Positions 1-9,347 are shown, counted from the first letter of the stretch. The stretch: 35,490 bases of DNA from a virus (IMGVR_UViG_3300028586_000746:1-35490); one strand, 5' to 3'. A program made the numbers and translations. The notes: generated from the letters alone by a model not told the origin.

Positions 1-648
1 CTACTGCACCTGCACCAAAGTCAGCGTATTACCGAACACGGCGCCGGTATCGATGTAATGCACGTTACCGGCATCCAGCACCTTATCCAGCGGCGTATGG
101 CCGAAGTAAAAGGCATCAGCGCCTGCGATATCGCGCACAACGCCGCGCTGGATTTCACCAATGCGCGCCCGGCTCCAGACCACCTGCTGTTCATCCACCG
201 GCTGATCATAAGCATAATGATCGGCGGGATAATCGGCGTGCGCCACCACCACCACTCGCTCACCAAGTTGCAGGTGCACTATCAGCGGCAGTTTCGAGCA
301 GCGCTTCAAAGCATGCCGCGCCGACACCATCGCCGCGCCTTTCATGCTCCAGAACCAGTTGCCGCCGTTGCGTTGCCACATTTCGCGTGAGCCGCCCGCT
401 AACGCCTGCAGCGCCATCTCCTCATGATTGCCGCGCACGCTGCGAAACCAGGGTGCATCCAACAGCCGCAGGCAGCCAAGGCTGTCTGGCCCGCGGTCAA
501 TCAAATCGCCGACTGACACCAACAAATCCTTTTCGATATCAAAACCCTGCGCAATAAGCTGCGCATCCAGCAGGCTACGACAGCCGTGCAGATCGCCGAC
601 AATATAGATGTGTCGCCAGTGTTGACCGTTAAGCATTTGATACAGCAT
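1..648 (-). CDS. pphA: Serine/threonine protein phosphatase 1 (PPP metallophosphoesterase), host gene
   Basis: Motifs GDLHG, GDLIDRGPDS, RGNHE, FGHT, IDTGAVFG; adjacent to the SdsR locus as in enterobacteria. Confidence 0.9.
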   Translation of the reverse strand: MLYQMLNGQHWRHIYIVGDLHGCRSLLDAQLIAQGFDIEKDLLVSVGDLIDRGPDSLGCLRLLDAPWFRSVRGNHEEMALQALAGGSREMWQRNGGNWFWSMKGAAMVSARHALKRCSKLPLIVHLQLGERVVVVAHADYPADHYAYDQPVDEQQVVWSRARIGEIQRGVVRDIAGADAFYFGHTPLDKVLDAGNVHYIDTGAVFGNTLTLVQVQ

Positions 649-954
649 GTCTTGAGCCTGCGCAGGATAATGAATGATGAAGATGACGTCGGGAATATGC
701 GCTTTACACTAAAGCAAAGTATCGCCAGCGCAACTGCGTCCGGCCCGTTCAACGTGCTGCTGGCGGCCATTAAAGGGGCGATCATCCATACCTGCCGATA
801 AGCAAAGCCTTATCCGGCGCGGCCTGGCACGGCATTAGCCGATCCAGTTATCACTTTGCCTGGCATCTCACTATCAGAATTTGCCGCATAGATCACAGTG
901 TGGAAACTTAGCCCCTGGCGGTTGACAACTGGCTGGAAAATCTACGCCCCTCTT

Positions 955-961
955 CTACAGT
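955..961 (+). promoter_or_regulatory. Sigma-S-type -10 element (C-TACAGT) of sdsR
   Basis: CTACAGT ends 7 nt before the predicted sRNA start at 968; a C at -13 is an RpoS hallmark and SdsR is RpoS-dependent. Confidence 0.55.
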
Positions 962-967
962 TTAGCT

Positions 968-1066
968 GTAAGGCGAAGACGCCTGCGTAATGCCAACTTT
1001 TAGCGCACGGCTCACCAAGAGCCATTTCCCTGGACCGGATACAGGAATCGTATTCGGTCTTTTTTT
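968..1066 (+). ncRNA. sdsR: SdsR (RyeB) small RNA; the antisense SraC/RyeA overlaps it in related species
   Basis: Contains the conserved SdsR core TAATGCCAACTTTTAGCGCACGGCTC...CAAGAGCCATTTCCCTGGACCG and terminator GACCGGATAC-AGGAATC-GTATTCGGTC-T7. Confidence 0.9.
1043..1066 (+). other. Probable prophage att core (3' end of sdsR)
   Basis: The 3' ~23 bp of ryeB/sdsR is a known integration hotspot; sequence turns AT-rich immediately after and the integrase stop is 70 bp away; no second copy in the window. Confidence 0.7.
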
Positions 1067-1078
1067 GTTCGCCATTAT

Positions 1079-1172
1079 AAAACAGTAACTTATATTAAAA
1101 ACAATCACTTAACGCTTATCCTCTTCTACTGTCTTCTACCCTGCCTGAACCTCCGCCGCCATTTTGCCGCCA
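1079..1172. promoter_or_regulatory. att-arm region: IHF-like repeats and integrase arm-type direct repeats
   Basis: AAAACAGTAACTTA / AAAACAATCACTTA repeat (reverse resembles IHF TAAnnnnTTGATW); TCTTCTAC x2 at 10-bp spacing; GCCGCCA x2 at 1155 and 1166. Confidence 0.45.
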
Positions 1173-2200
1173 CTCTTTTTCGCCATGATCGCCAGAGGAT
1201 TGCAGTGCACAGCATCCTCTAAATGACTTGGCGCAAAGTGCGCGTAGCGCATCGTCACGCGTATATCTGAGTGGCCAAGAATACGTTGCAACACCAGAAT
1301 GTTGCCTCCGGCCATCATAAAGTGACTCGCGAAGCTGTGGCGCAGTACATGGCTCATTTGCCCTTCCGGCAATTCAATACCGGCAAGGCGAATTACTCGG
1401 TAGAACTGTCGGTAACATTCAGCAAAAAACCGCCCTTCTTTTGTGCTGAGCTGTTGATAGAGATCGTCGCTAATAGGAACTGTGCGGTTCTTTTTGCCTT
1501 TGGTATTGATGAAGGTAATTTTGCCAGGCGAGAGCTGCGTAGATTTGAGGTTAGCCGCTTCACTCCAGCGGCAACCGGTCGAAAGGCAAACTTTGATGAT
1601 GAGAGTGAGGTCTGGATTGCCGTGCAGTTCACAAGCAGCAAAGAGCTTTTCAATCTGACTTTCTGTTAGCCAGGCCATCTCTTTTTCTGGCTGGTCGAAC
1701 TCACGGATATTCTTCAGCGGGTTGGGAAAATTGATCTCGCCGAGTCGTTCCAGCTCATTGAATAAAGCGCGCAAGAAGGCATGTTCGCAGTTGATGGTTC
1801 CTGCTGATACCTGTAGGGATTTCTGGCTGGTCTTATATCCGTTTGCAATCAGTCCCTGCATACGACGATCGCGATAGTGGGCCCAATCGCGGGCGGTGAT
1901 AGTGGATGCGATGGGGTTACCCATGCCATTGCAGATGATGTTGAGCTTACCGAGTCGCCCTTTCTTATCACTTAATGAACAGCCGTGTAGCTTGTACCAG
2001 AGATCTATTAGTTCACTTAGCTTTCGAGTATCTTCTTTATCAGCCAGCCACGGCTTCGCTTTGGTTTCTTCCTGTGTGTACTTCTCGAACGCGATGGCTT
2101 CAGCGCGAGTTTTAAATTGCCTCCTGACCCGCTTGCCTTCTCGCCCGTTGAGATAGCATTCACATAACCACTTCCCTGTACTTAGCTTTCTGATCGCCAT
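1136..2200 (-). CDS. int: Tyrosine recombinase phage integrase (186/HP1-like), 354 aa
   Basis: TGCRWSE, KGKK, HVLRHSFASH, LGHSDIRVTMRYAH catalytic motifs; start re-assigned to MAIRKLSTGKW at 2200. Confidence 0.93.
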   Translation of the reverse strand: MAIRKLSTGKWLCECYLNGREGKRVRRQFKTRAEAIAFEKYTQEETKAKPWLADKEDTRKLSELIDLWYKLHGCSLSDKKGRLGKLNIICNGMGNPIASTITARDWAHYRDRRMQGLIANGYKTSQKSLQVSAGTINCEHAFLRALFNELERLGEINFPNPLKNIREFDQPEKEMAWLTESQIEKLFAACELHGNPDLTLIIKVCLSTGCRWSEAANLKSTQLSPGKITFINTKGKKNRTVPISDDLYQQLSTKEGRFFAECYRQFYRVIRLAGIELPEGQMSHVLRHSFASHFMMAGGNILVLQRILGHSDIRVTMRYAHFAPSHLEDAVHCNPLAIMAKKSGGKMAAEVQAG

Positions 2201-2221
2201 AATGCCCCCGGCAAAAGGGCA

Positions 2222-2250
2222 AAAATACTGTATATAATAACAGTTATCAA
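2222..2250 (-). promoter_or_regulatory. int promoter with LexA (SOS) box between -35 and -10
   Basis: Minus strand TTGATA-ACTGTTATTATATACAG-TATTTT; CTG-N10-CAG at 2228-2243. Confidence 0.75.
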
Positions 2251-2276
2251 TGTTTATTCGGTTGAAAACATACATG

Positions 2277-2299
2277 AAAAAGCCCGCATTTGCGGGCTT
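2277..2299 (-). terminator. Intrinsic terminator after ogr
   Basis: Minus strand AAGCCCGCA-AA-TGCGGGCTTTTT. Confidence 0.75.
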
Positions 2300-2301
2300 A
2301 A

Positions 2302-2520
2302 TTAGTGCAGCAGAGAGGGTTGCCTTTCGTGGCTGGTAAAGAGCGGCACCTTATTAACTGTCCCCGGTGAGACAATCATTGCTGCCACTGACTCATGAGT
2401 TTTGAAGGTGCAGCTGCAATTGATGTTTTGGCACTGGTGATAACGCTCTTTGGTTTCTTTAGAAATATAGCGGCTGCTCTTAGCGTGAGCGGCGGTCTGG
2501 CACAGCGGGCAATGCATCAT
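2302..2520 (-). CDS. ogr: Ogr/Delta-family zinc-finger late transcription activator, 72 aa
   Basis: MMHCPLC...RYHQCQNINCSCTF C4 motif; AGGA RBS upstream of 2520. Confidence 0.93.
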   Translation of the reverse strand: MMHCPLCQTAAHAKSSRYISKETKERYHQCQNINCSCTFKTHESVAAMIVSPGTVNKVPLFTSHERQPSLLH

Positions 2521-2591
2521 TGTGTTTATTCCTGAAGCAAACAGGTCGGAAGATGTTTGCATTTTAATAACCAAACTTGATATTGCAAACT

Positions 2592-3779
2592 TTAGTTTGC
2601 TTTTTCATCATCAATTTCTTCATCGTCGCTTTCAGCCTGATATTCCACATCAGAAAGCAGCACCTCAAAATCCAGCGTCGTCGTGTAGCCGCTGCCGTTC
2701 AGGCTGTGCGTGACCTTGCTGATAAGCCACGGCTGCGCATCGATAACCGACTTAAACCCGCTCACCTGCACCGGCGTCTCCGGGAACAGGTCGGCCCGTC
2801 CCATCGCCAGCGTAACCGAGAACTCCGCAACGCCGCGCTGCAGCCTGTCCCACTTTGCCTTTGCGGCCCGCATGGCGGCCGCTTTAGTGGCGTAAACCGT
2901 GGTCAGCGTAAAGACGTTATCCTCGCTGCCCGCCAGATAGTCGCCTTCTTTTGCCTCGGGCGTTTTGGTGGTGGTCGCCTTCTTTTTCTTCGCGGCCGGA
3001 TGCTCCAGCGCACGCAGGTGCTTCTCTTTCGGCCTGCGTTTGAGCTTCACCTTTTTCGGCTTCGGGTCTTTGGTATGCAGCCAGCTGGCCGACACGCCGG
3101 TGTAGGCGCCACGGTCGGCAATGCTGAAGCTGTGCCGGTCGCCGTCCTGGCGGGTGAGGGTCAGCTGCGGGATCGGCTTGCCGCTGACGGTTACGCCGTT
3201 GCCGGGGCGCAGGAACAGCAGTCGCCCGGCCTTTACCGCCGCCACCGCGCCGTACAGCGTGGCCAGCCGTGTCAGAAAGCTGGCGTCGGTTTCCTGTGTC
3301 TGGTCGATGTGTGCCACCGTCATCCGGGCAAAGCCTTCAGCCAGCTGAGGTGTGAGTCTGTTGCGCTCGGCTATCTGCTTCACCACCTCGCCCAGCGTGG
3401 TGTCGTGATACGACACCTCCCGGCGTGAATTGAGCGTACCGCGAAAGTCGGCGCTGCGGGCGCGGATGGTCAGGGTATCCGGCGCGCCGTGGTGCTCCAC
3501 CTCATCAACCGTGAATTCGCCCTTGCCGGTGAGCGGCTGTCCCTTCCAGCCGAGGAACAGCTTCAGCACCGCGCCGCGCACCGGCATCGCCAGCTGGCCG
3601 TCGGCGTCGTCCAGCTCGATGTCCAGCTGGTCGGCCTCAAAGCCGCGGTTATCGGTGAGCGTCAGCGACAGCAGGCGCGCGCGAAGGTTGCCCGTGACGT
3701 CCTTTGCGTTCACCGTCAGCATAAAGTCGGGCGCCAGCTGCGCCCCGGCCTGCATCGGCAGGCTGCTGATGCCCGTCAT
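2592..3779 (-). CDS. D: Tail/baseplate hub protein (late control D)
   Basis: LTDNRGFEADQLDIELDD, HIDQTQETD motifs; synteny. Confidence 0.9.
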   Translation of the reverse strand: MTGISSLPMQAGAQLAPDFMLTVNAKDVTGNLRARLLSLTLTDNRGFEADQLDIELDDADGQLAMPVRGAVLKLFLGWKGQPLTGKGEFTVDEVEHHGAPDTLTIRARSADFRGTLNSRREVSYHDTTLGEVVKQIAERNRLTPQLAEGFARMTVAHIDQTQETDASFLTRLATLYGAVAAVKAGRLLFLRPGNGVTVSGKPIPQLTLTRQDGDRHSFSIADRGAYTGVSASWLHTKDPKPKKVKLKRRPKEKHLRALEHPAAKKKKATTTKTPEAKEGDYLAGSEDNVFTLTTVYATKAAAMRAAKAKWDRLQRGVAEFSVTLAMGRADLFPETPVQVSGFKSVIDAQPWLISKVTHSLNGSGYTTTLDFEVLLSDVEYQAESDDEEIDDEKAN

Positions 3780-4303
3780 GATAAAAACCCGCCCACGGAT
3801 GAAATCAGATTGCCCGCCGCCGACTGCGCGCTGCTGATGGCCGACGTGACCTGGCCCGGCAGATTACCGGCGCCGCTTATCAGCCCGTCGGCCTGCTTTT
3901 TCAGGTCGCCGAACATGGCGGTCAGCGACTCGTCCACGCGCTTCAGGTTCAGGGTGAACAGGATTTTCCTGGCGCTGCCGTCGCAGAAAAACTCGCTGTG
4001 CGTGGTCGCGTAGTTCTCCACCACGTACATGCCGAAGATGGTGCCGTTACCGCCAATCAGCGGCCACGCCCGGCCCTCGTCGGCCAGCAGCTTAAGCGTG
4101 AGCAGCGAGACGGCGCCGCCGGTAATTTCCGGGCGCAGCTCGCCCGACAGCGTAATTTTCTCATCGCCCACGCCGGTAAACTGTGCCGACGCCCGCTGGC
4201 CAACGCGGCTGTTGGTCGGCCAGCGGTAATCGATGCTCTGCTGCAGCTCCGCATAGGGCAGCGTCTGGCGCATAAACGGCATCATGCCGTAAATCATCAT
4301 CAT
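3776..4303 (-). CDS. U: Tail tube initiator protein GpU
   Basis: RWPTNSRVGQR, GRAWPLIGGNGTIFGMYV; synteny. Confidence 0.88.
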   Translation of the reverse strand: MMMIYGMMPFMRQTLPYAELQQSIDYRWPTNSRVGQRASAQFTGVGDEKITLSGELRPEITGGAVSLLTLKLLADEGRAWPLIGGNGTIFGMYVVENYATTHSEFFCDGSARKILFTLNLKRVDESLTAMFGDLKKQADGLISGAGNLPGQVTSAISSAQSAAGNLISSVGGFLS

Positions 4304-4305
4304 GT

Positions 4306-6744
4306 TTATTCCCATCCCATTTTACTGCGCTGCTGTGCCTGCCGGTTGCGCTGCTCACGCGCCTGATGCTCTGCCATCAGCGCCAGCGCGTCGTCTCTGG
4401 TCATGCCCGGATGCATGTTGATTTCATACTGGTAGCTGTTCTGGCTCTGGTCGCTGTAACCGGGATTTGCGGCGGGCGTGATCACCGGCCTGTACGGCGC
4501 GCCGGTAGCGTTCAGGCTCTGCTGCAGGCCGCCCGGCGCCGCGTCGTCATGCTCCGGAATTTTGTCCTTCAGGCCGTCCGATTTGGTGTCGATTATGCCG
4601 AGCTTGTCCAGCACCCAGTCGATGCCGCTGCGCAGCTGGTCCAGCGCCTGCCCCGGAATCTTCAGCGCGTCGGCCAGCATGTTGCCGAACCTTTTACCCA
4701 TGTCTCCGGCGGTGGCCAGCTCCGCCTGCGTGGATTTCACCGGCTCCAGCAGCTTTCCAAACCAGTCCCACAGCGCCTTAACCTTTTCCGTCACCCAGTC
4801 AAACACCGGCTTCAGCGTGCCGAACGACTCGCCGATCGGCCCCATCGCGGCGGCGAAGCCCTCCGCCACGCCCGCGATAAAGACACTTATCGGCTCCCAG
4901 TATTTGCGGATGAGCAGCGCCCCGGCCACGATGGCGGCGGCAACGGCCACCACGGGCAGCGTTATCAGCCCGAGCGCGCCGGTAATGGCGCCGCCCGCAA
5001 TGCTGAATCCGGTGGCCAGCAGCCCGGCCCCGGCGATGATGGCGTTAATGCCCGCCATCACCGGCCACGCAATCAGCCCAATGGCGCCCAGCACGCCCAC
5101 GAAAATCAGCCCGGCCACGGCCGCTCTGGCGATGCCGCCAGCCAGCTCGGGGTTGGCCTGTATCCATTTATCCACCGTCAGCAAAAATGCGGTGGTGTCC
5201 TGCGTCAGCTGGCGCAGGGTGCCGTCGAGCTGGTCATAAAGGTCGGTGCCGATGGCCTCCTGCGCCGACTGCAGTTCTTTAAAGTCGCCGCCGAGGTTGT
5301 CCTGCTGCACCTTAACCAGCGCGCCCGTACTGCCGTCCGACTGCTGAAAGGTTTTCGTCAGGTCGTCCAGCAGCCCGCTTGTGGCACCCTTCATCAGCGT
5401 GACCGCCGAGGAGGCGGCCTCTTCGCCGAAGATGGTCTTCAGGTACTCCGCCTGCTGCGCCGTGCCGAGCTTATTTTTCTCAAAGGATTTCTGCATTTCC
5501 TTAAGGATGGTGAAGAACGGTCGCATGTTTCCCTTACTGTCCGCGGTCTTCACGCCCAGCTCTTTAATCGCCTTGAACGCCTCGCCGGTCGGCGCCTGCA
5601 CGCGCAGCAGCATGGCGCGCACGCCCGTCCCGGCCATGCTGCCGGTGGTGCCCTCCTTCGCCAGCGCGCCGATCATCGCCGTGGTCTGCTCGACGCTCAC
5701 GCCCGCGTTTTTCGCCACCGGGGCGATGTAGGTCAGGGCGTCGTTGAGGCCGTCGAAGTCCGCCGCCGTTTTGTTCAGCGTTGCCGATATCACGTCGCCC
5801 AGGTGCGCCACCTGGCTGTTGGCGAGGCCGAAGGCGTTTTTGGTGCTCATCAGCAGCCTGGCGCTTTCTTCCATCGTCCGGTTGTTGGCCAGCGACATGT
5901 TGAGCGTGACCGGCGTTGCCGCCCTGATGTCGTCAACCGTGCCGCCCGACTTGGCGATGATGATCTGCGCCTGCGCGGCGTCGTTGGCCGACGCGGCGGT
6001 GTTGTCGCCGATGCTGCGCGCCTGCGTCCTCAGCGACTGAAATTCGGGCGAGGCTTTATCCACGCCGAGCGTGGCCTGCAGCGTGGAGTTGGCCAGCGCA
6101 AAGTCGTAGCCGGGACGCAGCACTGACGACGCTGCCACGGCGCCCACGGTGGCCGCCCCGACACCGGCCGCGCCGACGTTGCGCACGCCCGCGGACAGCG
6201 CCTGCCCGCGGCGGTAGCGCTCGCTGATGTGGTTCAGCCTTTCCTGCTGCTGGTTCAGGCGCTGCAGTTCCTGCCGCTGGCGGCTCAGGCTCAGCGTGGC
6301 CTGCGCGGCCTCGCTTCTCAGGCGCTGCTGCTCGCTGCTCAGCCTGCGGGTGGAAATGCCCGCGGCGTTCAGCGCCTCACGCTGCTGCTGCACGCTCAGG
6401 CGCAGGCTGTTGGTTTTGGTCTGCAGGGCGGCGGCGGCCTGCCGGGCCTTCTCCAGCTCCCGCGCCTGCGCCGCCGTGGGGCGGGCGGTGCTCCTGAAGG
6501 CCACCGCGAGCGCGGCCGCCTCGTCTTTCGCGTTCTTCAGCTTCTGCTGCGTCACGGCAAGCTGGCTGCTTGTCCGCCGGAATCCGTCGATTTTTGACGC
6601 CTGCGCGTCCAGCTGCTTCAACCGGTCCTGTGTCTCGCGGATGCCGCCCGACAGCCGGGTGGTTTCGTTGCGGATGGCCTTAAACGGGCGCGTCGCCTGG
6701 TCTACCGCCTTCAGCAGCACCTGCAGCTTAAGGTTATTGCTCAT
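4306..6744 (-). CDS. T: Tail tape measure protein
   Basis: 812 aa, Ala/Gln-rich coiled coil plus TP901-type core and hydrophobic segment; follows E/E'. Confidence 0.92.
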   Translation of the reverse strand: MSNNLKLQVLLKAVDQATRPFKAIRNETTRLSGGIRETQDRLKQLDAQASKIDGFRRTSSQLAVTQQKLKNAKDEAAALAVAFRSTARPTAAQARELEKARQAAAALQTKTNSLRLSVQQQREALNAAGISTRRLSSEQQRLRSEAAQATLSLSRQRQELQRLNQQQERLNHISERYRRGQALSAGVRNVGAAGVGAATVGAVAASSVLRPGYDFALANSTLQATLGVDKASPEFQSLRTQARSIGDNTAASANDAAQAQIIIAKSGGTVDDIRAATPVTLNMSLANNRTMEESARLLMSTKNAFGLANSQVAHLGDVISATLNKTAADFDGLNDALTYIAPVAKNAGVSVEQTTAMIGALAKEGTTGSMAGTGVRAMLLRVQAPTGEAFKAIKELGVKTADSKGNMRPFFTILKEMQKSFEKNKLGTAQQAEYLKTIFGEEAASSAVTLMKGATSGLLDDLTKTFQQSDGSTGALVKVQQDNLGGDFKELQSAQEAIGTDLYDQLDGTLRQLTQDTTAFLLTVDKWIQANPELAGGIARAAVAGLIFVGVLGAIGLIAWPVMAGINAIIAGAGLLATGFSIAGGAITGALGLITLPVVAVAAAIVAGALLIRKYWEPISVFIAGVAEGFAAAMGPIGESFGTLKPVFDWVTEKVKALWDWFGKLLEPVKSTQAELATAGDMGKRFGNMLADALKIPGQALDQLRSGIDWVLDKLGIIDTKSDGLKDKIPEHDDAAPGGLQQSLNATGAPYRPVITPAANPGYSDQSQNSYQYEINMHPGMTRDDALALMAEHQAREQRNRQAQQRSKMGWE

Positions 6745-6919
6745 CGGTTTTTGCTCCGCTGCGGATCAGCGCCTGATGCCGCCAGTCGAGCAGCTCGGCC
6801 AGCGGCATGGCGTACATTTCAGAGGGGGGCCAGTGAAACACGGTGGCCACGTCGGCCATCAGGTCGCTGACCGTCAGGCCGCCGGGCCAGCTCAGTCGTC
6901 CGACTTCGGCGACAAAAAA
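6734..6919 (-). CDS. GpE' extension of tail assembly chaperone, reached by -1 frameshift
   Basis: -1 frame encodes LMADVATVFHWPPSEM (GpE' signature) directly after slippery TTTTTTG at 6913-6919. Confidence 0.85.
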   Translation of the reverse strand, partial: FFVAEVGRLSWPGGLTVSDLMADVATVFHWPPSEMYAMPLAELLDWRHQALIRSGAKTDEQ

Positions 6920-7170
6920 CCGATCACCTTCCCGGCCAGCGCAATCAGGTCGGCCGGGTCGAGGGCGTTGCACTCCGCTTTGGTCAGCGCCGGGACGGTG
7001 ATGCGCGGCAGCACGGTGATCAGCGCGTCCACGTCGGAGCCTGCGAGGTCGGCCAGCCGCACGCCGCGCAGCGCGCCCGCGTTGGGTTTAATCAGCTCCA
7101 GCTGCGTGATGTCGGACTCGCCGCGCTTCAAGGGAAATTCCAGTACCACGACGTTTTCTTTCTGTTCCAT
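6892..7170 (-). CDS. E: Tail assembly chaperone GpE
   Basis: KPNAGALRGVRL, LDPADLIALAGKVIGFL; synteny. Confidence 0.9.
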   Translation of the reverse strand: MEQKENVVVLEFPLKRGESDITQLELIKPNAGALRGVRLADLAGSDVDALITVLPRITVPALTKAECNALDPADLIALAGKVIGFLSPKSDD

Positions 7171-7227
7171 GTTGTCTGTCTCTATGTTCAGTTGATTACT
7201 GGCCAGCGGCGGGCGCTGGCGTCGGGT

Positions 7228-7740
7228 TTACATCAGGCCGATGTTTTTGCGGCGCTGCTCCAGCCGGTCAACGCCGCCGACCTTCTCCACCATGTTGATG
7301 GTGTCGATTTCAATCAGCTCTTTGCCGTTCCACGTCAGTTTGAAATAGGTGTTTTTGGTGGTGATTTTGGTTTCGGTATCCTCGCCGGTTTTGGCCTCGC
7401 CAAAGTCAAACGCCTGATGCCGTCCGCGCACCTCGATCTCGACGGCAATTTCCTCGCCGGTGTCGTCGCGCTGGTAGGAGCCGGTAAAGCGCAGCGGCAC
7501 GTTAGCCGAGGCGCCCCACTGCGTCAGCACCAGGTCGTCCATGCCGCCGATGCTCCATTCCATATCCAGCGCGTCGTCGTCCAGGCCGTTATCGATGTGC
7601 GCGGCGCCGTTCATGCCGCCCCCCCGGAACGGGTCGAGCTTGCGCGACAGCTTCGGCAGGGTCACGGCGGTGACCACGCCCTGATAGCTGTTCGAGTCGT
7701 TGAAAAGGTTCATTGCCTTCAGTTTTCTTGGCAGTGCCAT
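7228..7740 (-). CDS. FII: Major tail tube protein
   Basis: MALPRKLK...FRGGGMNGA, IEIDTINMVE. Confidence 0.93.
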   Translation of the reverse strand: MALPRKLKAMNLFNDSNSYQGVVTAVTLPKLSRKLDPFRGGGMNGAAHIDNGLDDDALDMEWSIGGMDDLVLTQWGASANVPLRFTGSYQRDDTGEEIAVEIEVRGRHQAFDFGEAKTGEDTETKITTKNTYFKLTWNGKELIEIDTINMVEKVGGVDRLEQRRKNIGLM

Positions 7741-7752
7741 TTATCCGGCTCC

Positions 7753-8922
7753 TCAGCTGTTAACGGATGCGGCGAAGGTCGCCAGGTATTTGTCGGTGAT
7801 GCGCTGGCGCAGGGTCAGGTCTTCCAGCGGCGGCACCGGCGTGTAGTCGTAGTCAATCGACAGCCTGCCCGCCTTCAGCGTGTCCTTGTCGTTGGCCGTG
7901 TCGTCGTACCAGCAGGACGCGCCCAGCAGATAACCGGCGCTGACCAGCTCGCGGAATTTGGCGTTGATACCCGCGATAATCTCGCGCACCAGTACCGGCG
8001 TCAGCGGCCTGTCGTTCGCCCACATGTGCGCCTCCGCCATCGTGTCGGCCAGCACCTGCGCCGTGCGGGTGTAGTTCTCAAACTGAAACAGCGGATCGTC
8101 GCTGCAGGTGCGGTTGCCCCAGAAGCGGAAGCCGTCCTTACGGATAAGGGTGGTGACGCACGCCTGATTGAGCAGGTCGGCGTCGGTGCCGGTCTGCTGC
8201 AAATCCCAGAACACGCCCGCCGAAATGCCGGTGACGCCGTTCACGCCGACGTTGGACAGGGTTTTGTGCCAGCCGGTGTCGTTGTCGATTCTGGCGCGCA
8301 GGCCGAGCGCACGCGCCGTGGCGTATGCGGTTTCGGATTGGTTGGCCGTGGTGTTCCAGGCGAGGAAGTCCGGCCAGACAACCATCAGCTCGCGCTGGCT
8401 GAAGTTGTCGCGGTATTTCATGGCGTCGGAAATGGTTTTGCAGTTCCAGGCGGAGACGTAGGCAAAGGCGCGCAGCTGCTGCGCGATGCTGGCCAGCGAC
8501 GTCGCCACCTCCAGCGAATCCAGCCCCGGCACGCCGAGAATGCGCGGCTTGACGTCGAGCTGCGTCTGCGCGGAAAGCAGCGCCTTCATGCCGGTGTACT
8601 GGCCGTTCTCGTCGGTGGTGCCGATGATGTTGGAAATGGTCTCCGCGTCGGTGGCGCCTTCGGCCACGCGCACCACCACGGTCACGGGTTTGGCCTGGTC
8701 AGCGATGGCCTGCAGGGCGCTGGCCAGCGTGCCTTTTTTACCGGCCCTGCCGATGGCCGACAGCACGTTGGTCAGCAGCACCGGCGTGTTGAGCGGGAAC
8801 GCCGCGGCGTCGGCATCATCTGCAGTGCAGACCATGCCAACGATGGCGGTTGAGACGGTGGAAATGGTGCGCGTGCCGTCGTTGATTTCGACGACACGGA
8901 CACCGTGATGATAATCAGACAT
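7753..8922 (-). CDS. FI: Contractile tail sheath protein
   Basis: [36 protein letters not shown]; GGAG RBS before 8922. Confidence 0.95.
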   Translation of the reverse strand: MSDYHHGVRVVEINDGTRTISTVSTAIVGMVCTADDADAAAFPLNTPVLLTNVLSAIGRAGKKGTLASALQAIADQAKPVTVVVRVAEGATDAETISNIIGTTDENGQYTGMKALLSAQTQLDVKPRILGVPGLDSLEVATSLASIAQQLRAFAYVSAWNCKTISDAMKYRDNFSQRELMVVWPDFLAWNTTANQSETAYATARALGLRARIDNDTGWHKTLSNVGVNGVTGISAGVFWDLQQTGTDADLLNQACVTTLIRKDGFRFWGNRTCSDDPLFQFENYTRTAQVLADTMAEAHMWANDRPLTPVLVREIIAGINAKFRELVSAGYLLGASCWYDDTANDKDTLKAGRLSIDYDYTPVPPLEDLTLRQRITDKYLATFAASVNS

Positions 8923-8989
8923 CTGATGCACTCCGTGTTATGGGTGCGCTCAGATTGTCAGCTCAGGGAAAGGGATGCATGCGCTTGCG

Positions 8990-9010
8990 GTTTGCTGAGT
9001 GATGGCACAA
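8990..9010 (-). promoter_or_regulatory. Putative Ogr-dependent late promoter upstream element (PF)
   Basis: TTGTGCCATCACTCAGCAAAC, 30 bp before a GACAAT -10; similar motif upstream of V and P. Confidence 0.5.
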
Positions 9011-9085
9011 CAAACTCATTGCCTGTACATCATTCAGTGGCTTAAATAGCTGGCTTATAACACAAAGATGCTGAGTGAGGCCTTT

Positions 9086-9331
9086 ATGCAGATCGAAGAG
9101 CATGATTATTATTTTACACGCGGCAGCGACGTAATAAGGGATGGCATGTTTTTGGAAGTATCACGGGACGCAGAAAGTGGAACTGAGCTGGTTGCAGAAG
9201 TATTTTTTTCAGATATCACGCTTAACTACACGCTGACTTGCTTTATGGAAGACGTTCCACTGGAGCTTATTGAGGAGCTGATCAGGCAGGCCAAAATTCG
9301 GCTTCCCCCGGTTAATGAGAGCAATGGTTAA
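9086..9331 (+). CDS. Small acidic moron protein of unknown function, 81 aa
   Basis: GAGG RBS then ATG at 9086; opposite strand to late genes, in the slot between G and FI; followed by a hairpin. Confidence 0.7.
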   Translation: MQIEEHDYYFTRGSDVIRDGMFLEVSRDAESGTELVAEVFFSDITLNYTLTCFMEDVPLELIEELIRQAKIRLPPVNESNG

Positions 9332-9347
9332 TCTGCAAATTAAGCTA

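Noticed and set aside
586-801. Short ORFs upstream of and overlapping pphA
   Set aside because: No RBS or motif support; likely host promoter region
2201-2275. 25-aa N-terminal extension of int in the ORF track
   Set aside because: Runs through the promoter and LexA box; family-typical start is MAIRKL at 2200
4366-6126. 586-aa plus-strand ORF
   Set aside because: Codon-aligned antisense shadow of the GC-rich tape measure gene; no motifs
7192-8853. 553-aa plus-strand ORF
   Set aside because: Codon-aligned shadow of FII and FI, which share a frame; no motifs
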